Shown one piece after another: positions 1 to 13,150 of a stretch of DNA of 64,000 nt. A program made the translations under genes and the position numbers. Within the stretch, counting starts at the first letter, position 1; every line of letters starts with the position of its first letter. The notes beneath the pieces are model-generated. The model saw only the letters and a program-made list of their open reading frames with translations. It ran no database searches and was not told where the DNA came from. Location of the stretch: NCBI GenBank assembly GCA_963808625.1, contig CAWEHK010000031.1:1-64000 (forward strand), read 5' to 3'. The stretch is from an uncultured delta proteobacterium (GTDB taxonomy: Bacteria; Desulfobacterota; Syntrophobacteria; Syntrophobacterales; Syntrophobacteraceae).

Positions 1-3326
<3,326 letters not shown>

Positions 3327-3645
3327 GGAGAAGTCTTTTGGGGGAGTGAACAAACGCTGCAACCAAAGGCGGAAAGCTCTCGATGATGGATCTTATTTAC
3401 GCACACATTGGAGAAACACGAGAACACGTGCAGGTGCTTATCAACATTTGCGGATCATGTGCACTATGCTCCTCTGCAAGAGGCCAACGCAACACGGCAA
3501 GCTACCACCGCTTTTGCGAGATGGCAGATTGTCAGGTTTCCATTATAGCGGCGAGACAACTTTCGCCTTATGTGAGCCGAAAATAAGAAAGGCAGAGCCG
3601 TTGCTGACTCTGCCTACTGGGGATGACTATCGGTTAGGGAGCAGG

Positions 3646-5040
3646 CTATTTCTTGCCTTGATCATGAGGCACAATTACTTTCACGGTGGCTGTGCTAGTG
3701 TTACCTGCTTGATCCGTCGCACTAATGGTTATGGTATATTGCCTCCCGTTTCCTTTTCCTAATCGATCAGCTCGAAGCTGCAGAGTAATTGTACCAGTTG
3801 CTGGATCTATCACGGGCGTAGTCCAATCACCTTCAGGATCGTCCACAGGTTCACTGGATGTAACTGAGGCGGCCAATGTAACCGGCAATCCGCTGTTGTC
3901 ACTGGCGTTGGTCCGAATCGTGATTGGGACCATTTTGTGGTTAGGCGGCCACAGGATGAATTTATCCGGGCTAGGTGCCAACGTTGGGGGGGTCGTATCT
4001 GGTGGGGCACCGTCGCACACCTTAAAGATGCTCTGGTATTGGTGCTGCCCCTCATCAAAATCACGGACGCCCACATAGGCACAGTGCTCGGCGGTGTTGA
4101 CCGAGAGGCCGCTGGGTTTGCCGTAGATTGGGAGCAGCGGATAGAGAACGGTGTCAGTATTCCCATCCACGATCCCCACGCTCGCGGCCTCCCGCATACC
4201 CACGAAGACTCGAGCCGTGATTGGATCCACACCCACCGAGACGGGCCCATCCGCCAGGAGAATGTTAGGCAGTGCGGTATCCGTGGCGCCATCCACAACG
4301 CTGATCTGATTGCCCAGGTTCTGTCCCACGTACACATGGCGGTTATTTGGGTTAACCGCCACCGAGGTGGGATTTCCCGCCAGCACTGGCACGTGGTGTA
4401 TCAGGGTCTCGGTGCTGGTATCTATCACCGCCACCTCGTTGTTGGTATGAATGGACACATAGAGCCGCTGATGAAGACGATCATAGGTCACGTCGCCAGC
4501 CTTATCGTCAAGCCCGGTGATTTCTTTGCCGAGAAGGTAGCTGCCGGCACCATCGGGGTACAGGACCCAAACCTCGTGGAACATCGCGATGTAGACCCGA
4601 CCGTTGTCGGGATTGATCGCCATTCCGCCCGCGCCGTATGTCCCACCAAGCAGCACGACCTGCTGCTGGGTGTCAATGTCGAACACCTGCACGTAGGCGT
4701 TGCATCCGCTGCAGTAGTAGTCGACAAACAGCCGATGGCGCGCGCCATCCACAGCGATGAAAGACACATCATAATCAGGGAGGACGGGGAAGCTGTACGG
4801 GAGCAGGGACCCCATCACCCCATCGATTACCCGGATCTGCCGGTTCACCTGGTCAACCACATAGATCAGATTGTTTGCAGAATCCGTGGCGATCGCCCCT
4901 GGCTCGAAGCCGAGCGGGATGGAAGATGTAATCGGGATTGCCCACAGGACCGAGGGAGAGAGCAGGAGCAGAGCGAGGGGACTGCCGACCGCCAGCATCA
5001 GCACGGTCAGATACGGTAGAAAGCGTCGCATTGGTTTCAT
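3646..5040 (-). CDS. Secreted YVTN/YncE-type beta-propeller protein with C-terminal Ig-like (LWPPNHKM) domain
   Basis: Signal peptide; repeats such as RLYVSIHTNNEVAVIDT and HVYVGQNLGNQISVVDG; C-terminal YTITISATDQAGN; RBS aaggag. Confidence 0.8.
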   Translation of the reverse strand: MKPMRRFLPYLTVLMLAVGSPLALLLLSPSVLWAIPITSSIPLGFEPGAIATDSANNLIYVVDQVNRQIRVIDGVMGSLLPYSFPVLPDYDVSFIAVDGARHRLFVDYYCSGCNAYVQVFDIDTQQQVVLLGGTYGAGGMAINPDNGRVYIAMFHEVWVLYPDGAGSYLLGKEITGLDDKAGDVTYDRLHQRLYVSIHTNNEVAVIDTSTETLIHHVPVLAGNPTSVAVNPNNRHVYVGQNLGNQISVVDGATDTALPNILLADGPVSVGVDPITARVFVGMREAASVGIVDGNTDTVLYPLLPIYGKPSGLSVNTAEHCAYVGVRDFDEGQHQYQSIFKVCDGAPPDTTPPTLAPSPDKFILWPPNHKMVPITIRTNASDNSGLPVTLAASVTSSEPVDDPEGDWTTPVIDPATGTITLQLRADRLGKGNGRQYTITISATDQAGNTSTATVKVIVPHDQGKK

Positions 5041-5445
5041 AAATTCTCCTTAACTAAGTAGGTTAGGTGATAAGGTGAAGTGATAAGAAATCGATTTCTT
5101 GCATTTTCTTGTGTTTTTCCTTTTTCCTAGGTCACGGTTCTCTTACAAATTTGTGTCCATTGCTTCCTCCTCTGTCGATGATCAGGTTGATCGTGAGCGG
5201 AAAACAGTAGTAAACAGGTTACAGAGTGGCTGACATTCAGATTCTCACCAGCCGAGTCAAAGCAAGCTCGATCAGGAGCCCACAACAGGTAGTTATGAAA
5301 AACCTCCCAACGCTAAACACCTAAGTATATTTGGAAGGATAGCAGATATTGAAGATGCCGATACAGGAAAGACAAAAGGAAAGGCTTACTGAGGCAATAC
5401 AGATGAGCTGCCGAAGATGGCTGAGATAAAATGCTCTCATTTTGT

Positions 5446-5520
5446 TAGGCAACCCGGCTATCTTTCCTTAAGATCCGTGGCTTTCCGTCCCCACCTCACG
5501 ATGGGTTTGGCTTTTCTTCA
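5446..5520 (-). promoter_or_regulatory. Cyclic di-GMP-I (GEMM-I) riboswitch
   Basis: The minus strand reads GAAAAGCCAAACCCATCGTGAGGTGGGGACGGAAAGCCACGGATCTTAAGGAAAGATAGCCGGGTTGCC, matching the GEMM-I architecture, about 400 nt upstream of the beta-propeller gene. Confidence 0.88.
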
Positions 5521-5588
5521 GTATTCTATGTAGAACTGATAAACGGATGCCTCAATAGGGCACAATGCGTAATTTATTTGAAGAAGGA

Positions 5589-5667
5589 GTGTAGTTGGGG
5601 GGGCGGGTTACTCTGCAATTGAAGGGACGGGGGGGTGTAGTTGAGGGAGCGGATTCCTCTACAATTG
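5589..5667. repeat. Two imperfect 33-bp direct repeats, 46-bp period
   Basis: gtgtagttggggggg-cgggttactctgcaattg vs gtgtagttgagggagcggattcctctacaattg. Confidence 0.6.
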
Positions 5668-6121
5668 TAGGTTGGAATAAACATCGGTAAAACAAATCAA
5701 AAGGAGTTGTCCAAGTATTTTATAAACCCTTATACCTGGAGCAAAGGAGACTACCGATACCGTTGCCTTCTATCCATAATGCGGAGGATCTCTTCTCTCG
5801 TTGGATAGCATTTTAATATCACCAACAGGACCTGCCTTGAGAAATCTGACGCCCAACGTCCAAAGATAAATAGGCTTTCAGGCTCAGGGTTGGCATCATC
5901 TGAATGGTAGTCAGTTTTCGTCTGAGCGACCGGAGCCTACATGGGACTAAAAAGGCCACATAGCTCTCCTGGACCTTAACTTCTCGAACGCCCAGAAATT
6001 CAACACCTCCAAATCATTTCTGTTCTGCTCGCCAAGGTGATTATGGTTCCACCTCCTGGCAACCTGTACTGAAACAAAGGAGGCTTTCCGGTTTCTCGAA
6101 ATCCTTCCACCCTTTATGTTT

Positions 6122-6234
6122 CACAGCGCAGCCATAGGCCGCAACCAAACTTGAGTGGGAATTTCAACGATACCAATAGGTTCCAAAGAAAATCTTGGCA
6201 AAAAAACAAGAAACTTAGGATTAGTATCACAGAA
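6122..6234 (+). repeat. Dispersed ~113-bp intergenic repeat (MITE-like), copy 1
   Basis: Near-identical to the reverse complement of 25761-25874. Confidence 0.85.
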
Positions 6235-6421
6235 AGATGCTCACCCCATGTCCGTCGTCCTTCAGCTTGGGGTAGGCATTGCAGGAAAGAGAAAAGAGAA
6301 AGAAAAAGGGAGAATTGTAAATCAATCCCATTCGGTTTAAACTGGAGGCATTGTATGGAAAAGAAAAGGGGAAGAAGAGGGAAGAATGGCAACTCAATCC
6401 CAATAAAGGAGGGTAAAGGCC

Positions 6422-8626
6422 ATGCAATTTCACAAGCATTACATTATCGTTGCTTCCTTGCTGCTAGCCGCTTTCTTTTTCGCTGAAGGGTCGGCAAAGG
6501 CGGCGCAGGGGAATCGCCCAAACATCTTGTTCATCGTCATGGACGATGTCGGAATCGACCAGTTCAAAAGCTTTGGCTATGGCGGTGACGAGCCGCCAAG
6601 AACGCCGACAATGGATACGGTAGCCAGGGGAGGGCTTCGCTTCAGAAACGTCTGGGCGATGGCGGAATGCAGCCCCTCCCGTTCTCTGATCTTCAGCGGG
6701 CGCTATCCGCTGCGAACGCATATCTACTCCCCGATCCAGTCGGTGGATCTCGCCAACTCGCAGCTGTCACCGTATGAAATGACTATCCCTAAAGTTCTGA
6801 AGCGCGCCGGCTACACGAGCGCGCTGTTCGGAAAACACCATATGGCGGGACCCACCAATCCATTTGGCGACCAAGCCCCGATGTCGTTCGGCTTCGATTA
6901 TTTTCACGGACCGGTGGGAGGTACTACCGCGGGAGCGATGCCGGAGCCTATCGATGCGACCGCCGGGGGCATCGCATCTGGAGGCCCCTATGTTTGCGGG
7001 TTCATCCCAAATAAAGATACTGATCCCGACAACGGTGCGGACAACGGCGCCTGCTATTTCGCCGACAGAAACTGTACGGTGATCTCGAGGAGCGAGACAG
7101 AGCCCCATCCGGGGCGTGCCTGCCTTGAGCTGGGCGGGATCTTGGTTCCCGATGCCGCTTGTCAGGCAGATCCCCCTGCCAATGTCAATTTCCTCCTGGC
7201 CAATGCCTATTATGTCTGGTACCTTGGGGAAACCGACCTGGAAACCAACCTCATCAAACGGATTCCACTCACCGACCCACGCGCCCGGACCTATTGGCCC
7301 ACTGAACTAACCACCGCGGCTATCGCGTGGATCAATGCGCATCAGCATAGACCGTGGATGGTTACGGTAGCCTACCCTTCCATCCATGAGCCTTATCAAC
7401 AGGCCCCCCAGTCGTTAACGCCGGGCTCGGGCGATTTGGGTGGTGCGTGTTGCGGCTGTGACGCTGACATACCAACCCTTGGCGATCAAATGTTACAGGC
7501 CATGGATGCGGAGATCGGCCGCCTGCTTGTCGAGACTGGCTTGGCCTCACGAACCAGCAGTGGCCAGTTGAAATACACGCCCAATGCCTCAAACACAATG
7601 ATCGTCATCGTCGGCGACAACGGAACCTATGGGCCTAGCGTCAAGTCACCATTTGATCCGACTCGCGCCAAAGGGACGGTCTTTCAGACCGGGGTATGGG
7701 TACCGCTGATCGTGGCCGGCCCGCTGGTTCATTCTCCAAACAGGAAGGTCGAAAGCATGGTGAATGGGGCCGATCTTTTTGAGCTGTTCGGCGAAATCGC
7801 CGGGCTGGACGTCCGCAAGATTGTCCCCTCCTCACGCGTTCTCGATTCGGTCTCGATGTTGCCCTATCTCAAACACCCCTCGCGCCCGAGCCTTCGCGGG
7901 TACAACTTCGCCCAAACCGGCGTCAACATCACTGCCAACAACGAAAGACCCGGCCCCTGCGTGCTCCCTACCTCGATCTACGGGTCGGGGAGTACCTGTG
8001 TACAGCTGATGGCCGATCAGAAGGCGTGTGAAATGGAAGGTGGAACATGGTACGGCGAGAACTATAGTTCGTGCTGCGCGTTGACGAAGGCGCCGGGAAT
8101 GGAGAATCTGCAAGTGCGTTGGCTTACGCAATCTGCCGTGCGGAACGATAAGTTCAAACTGGTGCAGACAATTTACGAAGATTGCAACGCAACGAACACA
8201 AACACAACATCGACGGTATACGATCTCTATGAGATCGATCAGGCTGTTCAGTCCCCGTATTCGTCCCCGAAGCTCGATACTGTAGAGGCCAACCTGATTA
8301 CCTCCCAATCCTCTCCGCTGCAAGGCTTGACCCCGGAGCAGGCGAAGAACTTCAAGCTCCTTGAACGGAAACTTAACAGAATTCTGGCATCGGAACCCGA
8401 GTGCCCTGGTGACGGCAACAATGACGGCGTAGTCGACATAAAGGATGTCTGGAACTGGTTATTTTATAACCTTATGCACAACGGTAACGATACGATCACG
8501 ATCTCAACCTGGTACGACTTCCCCACCCTGAGTTCAGACGGCACTAACGTTTATGACGGCGATACGGATGAGAGCGATCTTAAGGTGATCATCGAGAATC
8601 TTGGTCGTAGATGCCCGCGAAAATAA
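6422..8626 (+). CDS. Secreted Cys-type sulfatase with C-terminal dockerin/EF-hand-like motif
   Basis: Signal peptide; PNILFIVMDD, CSPSR (CxPxR), GKHH and GDNG motifs; C-terminal GDGNNDGVVDIKD. Confidence 0.88.
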   Translation: MQFHKHYIIVASLLLAAFFFAEGSAKAAQGNRPNILFIVMDDVGIDQFKSFGYGGDEPPRTPTMDTVARGGLRFRNVWAMAECSPSRSLIFSGRYPLRTHIYSPIQSVDLANSQLSPYEMTIPKVLKRAGYTSALFGKHHMAGPTNPFGDQAPMSFGFDYFHGPVGGTTAGAMPEPIDATAGGIASGGPYVCGFIPNKDTDPDNGADNGACYFADRNCTVISRSETEPHPGRACLELGGILVPDAACQADPPANVNFLLANAYYVWYLGETDLETNLIKRIPLTDPRARTYWPTELTTAAIAWINAHQHRPWMVTVAYPSIHEPYQQAPQSLTPGSGDLGGACCGCDADIPTLGDQMLQAMDAEIGRLLVETGLASRTSSGQLKYTPNASNTMIVIVGDNGTYGPSVKSPFDPTRAKGTVFQTGVWVPLIVAGPLVHSPNRKVESMVNGADLFELFGEIAGLDVRKIVPSSRVLDSVSMLPYLKHPSRPSLRGYNFAQTGVNITANNERPGPCVLPTSIYGSGSTCVQLMADQKACEMEGGTWYGENYSSCCALTKAPGMENLQVRWLTQSAVRNDKFKLVQTIYEDCNATNTNTTSTVYDLYEIDQAVQSPYSSPKLDTVEANLITSQSSPLQGLTPEQAKNFKLLERKLNRILASEPECPGDGNNDGVVDIKDVWNWLFYNLMHNGNDTITISTWYDFPTLSSDGTNVYDGDTDESDLKVIIENLGRRCPRK

Positions 8627-8806
8627 TCGGGCGGAAGGATACGCCATAGCAAGGGTGGCTATCTCAAACTCACTTCTCGGCTCCCATGGAGCATTTATGT
8701 GGGTGTTAGTGGCGGGATCGTCTCGATGCGCCACGGCGAATAAGCACCCGCCTTTCAGACCTAAAAGGAAACTTTGACAAGTAAGACCTTAACCAGTTAG
8801 ATAGAA

Positions 8807-8841
8807 CGCAGGCAGGGTCAGCAATGGCTCTGCCTGTTTTT
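8807..8841 (+). terminator. Intrinsic terminator
   Basis: gcaggcagggtc-agcaat-ggctctgcctg hairpin followed by a T run. Confidence 0.55.
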
Positions 8842-9085
8842 GCTGGCACTGTGAGCTTCACTGAGTAGAACATATCTCTCCTATATGTTGACCTGGAAGT
8901 CCTGATCGTTTCTTGAAAAGTTGCTTTTCATATGTGCACTCGGGACCACTTTGTGAAAAGATCGCTTATGTTATCGTGCCCTCATTCAGGATCAGTCCGA
9001 ATTTACTCTCAACGATTGTCAGACAATGCAAGCGATGGCAGCATCAATGTGTTTGAGGGGGCGTGTTGCTGAGAAGCTGTCGGAA

Positions 9086-9967
9086 CTACTCAAGCCGTTC
9101 GGGGCTGCGACGGCACTGCTGCGGGATGGTGCTTTGTTCGAGCAGCTGTTGCTGAGTGAGGTCAGTGACAGAGTTGATTCCGTACTTCCGTGAGACGTAA
9201 AGCCAATATGCGTCGGACAGTTCATGGAGATTGAGTGAGCCAAGGATGCCGGTCACGTCCGAGATAGCGGCAACATGCGGATCTGCTCCGTTTGTGAGCC
9301 AGGAAAGCAATTGCCTGCCGGTTTCCTCCGTTGGCGTAAAGTATTTCCCGTCAAAGAGGCGCGTCCGGTCCTTGGTGGATGTGGCGGTGTGGCCGTCAAT
9401 GGAAAGGTCGAGAACGACGGTGAATTCATACTCGAGGCCCTCCCTTTGGACGAATGCCAGGCCGAGCTTCTGCACTCTGGTCTTGCCTTTGTCATCCTGT
9501 GCAATCTCATAGCCCGTCTTCGTGCGCAGAGTAACGATGAGATGTAGGCTGCTCTTGAGGATGGTATCCACCAGTTCGTTGTGCTTAGGGGTCGCCTCCC
9601 GCCAGGCGGCAAAGTCGTTTTGGGTCCTGGTTGATTTGGCGATATGGTCCTTGATGTCGAGGATGCCCCCGACTCCGGCCCAGGCGTGGGAGAGCGAGTC
9701 AATGATGAGGACATTGTAGCCGGTTTGCTCGGCGGCATTGATGCGCTTGATATATTCCTCGGGAGCAAAGGAATCATTGATGGGAGAGATGTCATACTCA
9801 AAGGCGTCGGAATAGAGATCCCCGGAACCTCGCTCGGTGTCGATCAGGGCGATGGGGCCGCCGAGACCGGTGGCGATGCGCAGGGCGGAGTAGGTCTTGC
9901 CGGAGCCGGATGGACCGGCTATGGCGAGTCTCAGTTTTGCTTTCTTACGTTCCGCTTTTCTGAACAC
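9086..9967 (-). CDS. Phage-type AAA_24 / Sak4-like ATPase (C-terminus probably frameshifted, extending to about 9019)
   Basis: MFRKAERKKAKLRLAIAGPSGSGKT, IDTE, IIDSLSHAW, QREGLEYEF and KDRT motifs. Confidence 0.85.
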   Translation of the reverse strand: MFRKAERKKAKLRLAIAGPSGSGKTYSALRIATGLGGPIALIDTERGSGDLYSDAFEYDISPINDSFAPEEYIKRINAAEQTGYNVLIIDSLSHAWAGVGGILDIKDHIAKSTRTQNDFAAWREATPKHNELVDTILKSSLHLIVTLRTKTGYEIAQDDKGKTRVQKLGLAFVQREGLEYEFTVVLDLSIDGHTATSTKDRTRLFDGKYFTPTEETGRQLLSWLTNGADPHVAAISDVTGILGSLNLHELSDAYWLYVSRKYGINSVTDLTQQQLLEQSTIPQQCRRSPERLE

Positions 9968-9987
9968 TGGAAGACCTCCTCAAATGT

Positions 9988-10134
9988 CTAGTGAATGTTG
10001 GTTGCTTCGTGCACCGCGGGCCTTTCTATCTGGTCGCAAAGAGCCTGGACATTGCAGTATCCGTCGCACTTCCAGTTCATGACTTCTGCTGAGGGAAGTC
10101 CGGGGATCGTGCCGGTGGTGAATGCACGGGCAAT
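9988..10134 (-). pseudogene. C-terminal remnant of a PD-(D/E)xK / Cas4-like nuclease
   Basis: An unlisted frame reads IARAFTTGTIPGLPSAEVMNWKCDGYCNVQALCDQ...*, with a Cys cluster, directly upstream of the AAA_24 gene. Confidence 0.5.
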
Positions 10135-10155
10135 TCACGGGCCTTCGGCCGAAGG

Positions 10156-10356
10156 TCACTGTCCCAAATGCCGAGTTGCCTCTTCGACTACCTGAGGAAT
10201 CGAGGGCCTCTCACAAGATCTAACATCGTTTTCCATGTGCTCGTGATGGGGGAAATTCTCAAGGTCAGGAAAGTGCGGAGCAACGTAGGCGTTCTCCAGT
10301 CTTCGAATAGACGATTCCACCTCTTCAAGGTAACTGCGCAGCACATTATGCAACAT
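10156..10356 (-). pseudogene. DUF6516 (TumE-like) toxin, apparently internally deleted
   Basis: APHFPDLENFPHHEH motif; only 66 aa, with the N-terminus joined directly to the C-terminal motif. Confidence 0.65.
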
Positions 10357-10576
10357 GGCGCAGATGCTTTTCTAACTCAAGCCTGATCGCCAGGTAGTGT
10401 TGATAATCGTTGGCCCACTCGACGAAATCCGCGGAGTCTTCCATCCGGCCTTTCTCATAAGCGCTGAAAAATTCTTCCGATCTCATGCGGTACCGATTTT
10501 CAAATACGCTTAAGTGCTTGCTTACCGCCACAAGAGCGTCTACCGATGAACTGAACTGGCTTCTTTCCTTTTTCAT
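10346..10576 (-). CDS. TumA-like antitoxin
   Basis: LSVFENRYRMRSEEFF...DFVEW pattern; overlaps the toxin start. Confidence 0.7.
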   Translation of the reverse strand: MKKERSQFSSSVDALVAVSKHLSVFENRYRMRSEEFFSAYEKGRMEDSADFVEWANDYQHYLAIRLELEKHLRHVA

Positions 10577-10674
10577 GAGTTCCTCGCCACGCTGTAAGTT
10601 GTTCAGTGAATAATTGTAAAATCTATCATCATTTGAAGTGGACGGGGAGTACAAATAATCAGGGAGGGCGCCTT

Positions 10675-11064
10675 AGCGGGCCTTGAATCCTACCAATGCG
10701 AGTGTGCGGGCAAATCACCGTGGGCGTGCTCACCCAGGCGATGATGTTCCTCTCCTGAGGCATTCGCCGGATCGATGTGAATCGTGGCATTGGTCAGATA
10801 GCGCAGATGATGCAGCAGTTGATGCCTTACCTCCCTGGCTATCTCGTGCCCTGCTTCAACGGAGAGCTCGGGACTCACCGCGACGTTTACTTCGGCATGA
10901 AGCCGATGTCCCGAGCATCTGACCCTGACTTCCGTGCCCCCCTGGACCCCGGTGGTGTGGCTGACTGCATGTCCGACCTCATCGATCACCTCCGGGGCGA
11001 TCCCATCGAGAAGTCGGGTAAAGACCGCCCTTCCCGATTCCCAGGCGATGCGGAAAATGGCTTC
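10675..11064 (-). pseudogene. Duplicated 3' third of the CDF transporter gene
   Basis: Closely similar direct repeat of about 12125-12514; encodes VRVRCSGHRLHAEVNV...HSHW. Confidence 0.9.
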
Positions 11065-11081
11065 TGGACCGGCCGGGAATC

Positions 11082-11888
11082 CTAAGGCAGCTTCGCAAAT
11101 ACGCGTGCGGGTGCTCCGGTGCCGTTTTGGATAAACATGGGAATGACGTAAAGCACAGCGCCGGATTCTGGAATCTTGTCCAGGTTGGCAATATTCTCAA
11201 GAGCAAGCTTTTGTGCGTTGCAGAGCGCTTGATGCACCTTGAAGTCCTTTGAAGATCCCGGATCGATACTCGGCGTATCGATGGCAATGCCGGTGATCGT
11301 CCGTTTCGCCAGGAGAAAGGCGACCGCTTCCGGTGAAAATCCCGGAAAGTGCAGCTCTGCAATCGCTTCCTTGCCGGTCTTATCCGTACCAAGCACCTCT
11401 TTCCTGTCCGGGTAGAAACGCCCATCGATACCGCTGTACATAATGACCCATGCCCCTTGAGGGATCCGGCCATGTTTCTTTTCCCAGGCAAGAATATCTT
11501 CCACCGTCAGTTGATAGTCGCGATTCGACAGAGACTTCTTCGTAACGTCGATCTTGGCCGCGGCGCCAATCCATTCTTGCAGCGGAATCTGACCGATGGT
11601 ACGCCCCTGTTCGGAAAAATGAATCGGCGCATCAACGTGAGTACCGCCATGTTCGGATGCTGCATATTGATTCGAAGCATACCACCAGCCGCCATCTGAG
11701 ATCCCTTTGAAGACCACCGTTGGGGTGAAGGGCTTATCGGTAGGCCAATAGATCGAGTCTTCTGAAAAAGGGAAGGTCATGTCGATGAACTTTTCTTTTG
11801 AGGCAGCGGAGGCGGGAGTTATGGCTGCGAATAAAATTACTGAAATGAGCGCGGCAGTAAAAAGAAAAGGGTGAGTGTTGCGTTGCAT
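11082..11888 (-). CDS. Secreted cyclase-family (kynurenine formamidase-like) metallohydrolase
   Basis: EHGGTHVDAPIHF, HFPGFS, IDTPSID, LENIANL and GTGAPARVFA motifs; signal peptide. Confidence 0.9.
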   Translation of the reverse strand: MQRNTHPFLFTAALISVILFAAITPASAASKEKFIDMTFPFSEDSIYWPTDKPFTPTVVFKGISDGGWWYASNQYAASEHGGTHVDAPIHFSEQGRTIGQIPLQEWIGAAAKIDVTKKSLSNRDYQLTVEDILAWEKKHGRIPQGAWVIMYSGIDGRFYPDRKEVLGTDKTGKEAIAELHFPGFSPEAVAFLLAKRTITGIAIDTPSIDPGSSKDFKVHQALCNAQKLALENIANLDKIPESGAVLYVIPMFIQNGTGAPARVFAKLP

Positions 11889-12139
11889 ACGGTCTCCTTT
11901 TTAAAATGTACCTCTTTCCATTCCAGACTGTGGGCACTTCGGCGACAATATTATCGATATCAGCTAAAGATGCAACCTCATCGCCCGGCCTTCATAACGA
12001 AACCCACAACAAGCGCCCTGCCTGACCCAGCAGGCAGCAGAGGATATGGGCCGGGACCTTCAAAAACTCCATCTGGAATCCTTCAAGGAGTTGGTGCGAT
12101 GGGAGTGTCTTGCAAAACCTTACCAGCAGGCCTTGCATT

Positions 12140-13150
12140 CTACCAGTGCGAGTGTGCGGGCAAATCACCGTGGGCATGCTCACCCACGCGATGATGTTCC
12201 TCTCCTGAGGCATTCGCCGGATCGATGTGAATCGTGGCATTGGTCAGATAGCGCAGATGATGCAGCAGTTGATGCCTTACCTCCCTGGCTATCTCGTGCC
12301 CCGCTTCAACGGAGAGCTCGGGACTCACCGCGACGTTTACCTCGGCATGCAGCCGATGACCCGACCATCTGACCCTGACTTCCGTCACCCCCTGGACCCC
12401 GGCGGCATGGTTGACGGCGTGCCGGACTTCATCGATCACCTCCGGGTCGACCCCATCGAGGAGGCGGGTAAAAACCGCTTTTCCTGATTCCCAGACGATG
12501 CGGAAAATGGCTGCGGTGATTACAAGACCAACAACAGGATCGGCCAGGGGGTAACCAAGCCGGACGCCGAGGGCGCCGAAAAACACGGCCAGACTGGTGA
12601 GGCCGTCCACCCGCGCGTGGTAGCCGTCGGCAATGAGAGCTGCGCTGCCGATTTCCCTGCCAATCTTGATGCGCAGGATCGCCACCGCCTCGTTGCCGGC
12701 AAAACCGATGACCGACGCCGTCATGACCGCCCATAAATAGCCGACCGGCTGAGGGTTGAACAGGCGAACGAACGATTCGTAGCCGGCAACGACCGCGCTC
12801 GCCAAGATGGTCAAAACAATAACCACCCCTGCCAGGTCTTCCACGCGACCGTAGCCGTAGGGGAAGCGCCTGCTTGGCTGCCACCCCGCCATGGTGAAAG
12901 CAATCCACAGGGGGATGGCCGTGGCCGCATCACCGAAATTGTGAATCGTATCGGCAAGAAGGGCCACGCTTCCTGAAAGCAACACGACGACAACCTGGAA
13001 AAGAGCGGTAGCCAGCAACCCCAGGAGTGACCATTTGATCGCCCAATGGCCTCGCTGGGTTGAGAGCGCAGCCGGATCCAGGGCGCCGTGAGGATGATGA
13101 TGGTGGGCTTGCTCCTGCCTGCCTTTATGCGCATGTGTATGGCCGAACAT
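12140..13150 (-). CDS. Cation diffusion facilitator (CDF) metal efflux transporter
   Basis: His-rich N-terminus; SVALLADTIHNFGD, YGYGRVEDLAG and ALIADGYHARVD motifs. Confidence 0.93.
   Translation of the reverse strand: MFGHTHAHKGRQEQAHHHHPHGALDPAALSTQRGHWAIKWSLLGLLATALFQVVVVLLSGSVALLADTIHNFGDAATAIPLWIAFTMAGWQPSRRFPYGYGRVEDLAGVVIVLTILASAVVAGYESFVRLFNPQPVGYLWAVMTASVIGFAGNEAVAILRIKIGREIGSAALIADGYHARVDGLTSLAVFFGALGVRLGYPLADPVVGLVITAAIFRIVWESGKAVFTRLLDGVDPEVIDEVRHAVNHAAGVQGVTEVRVRWSGHRLHAEVNVAVSPELSVEAGHEIAREVRHQLLHHLRYLTNATIHIDPANASGEEHHRVGEHAHGDLPAHSHW

Noticed and set aside
3340..3640. Integron attC site or cassette after DUF499
   Set aside because: Only a weak AAC-start resemblance, no paired R'/R'' boxes found and no intI.
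5446..5520. 3',3'-cGAMP (GEMM-Ib) specificity
   Set aside because: The specificity position is G (…AAG-CCAAACC), which favours c-di-GMP.
6114..6486. Short ORFs overlapping the 113-bp repeat (also 25630-25948)
   Set aside because: Their similarity comes from the non-coding repeat and shows up in several frames on both strands.
9086..9967. Intact prophage
   Set aside because: No terminase, capsid, tail or adjacent integrase genes.
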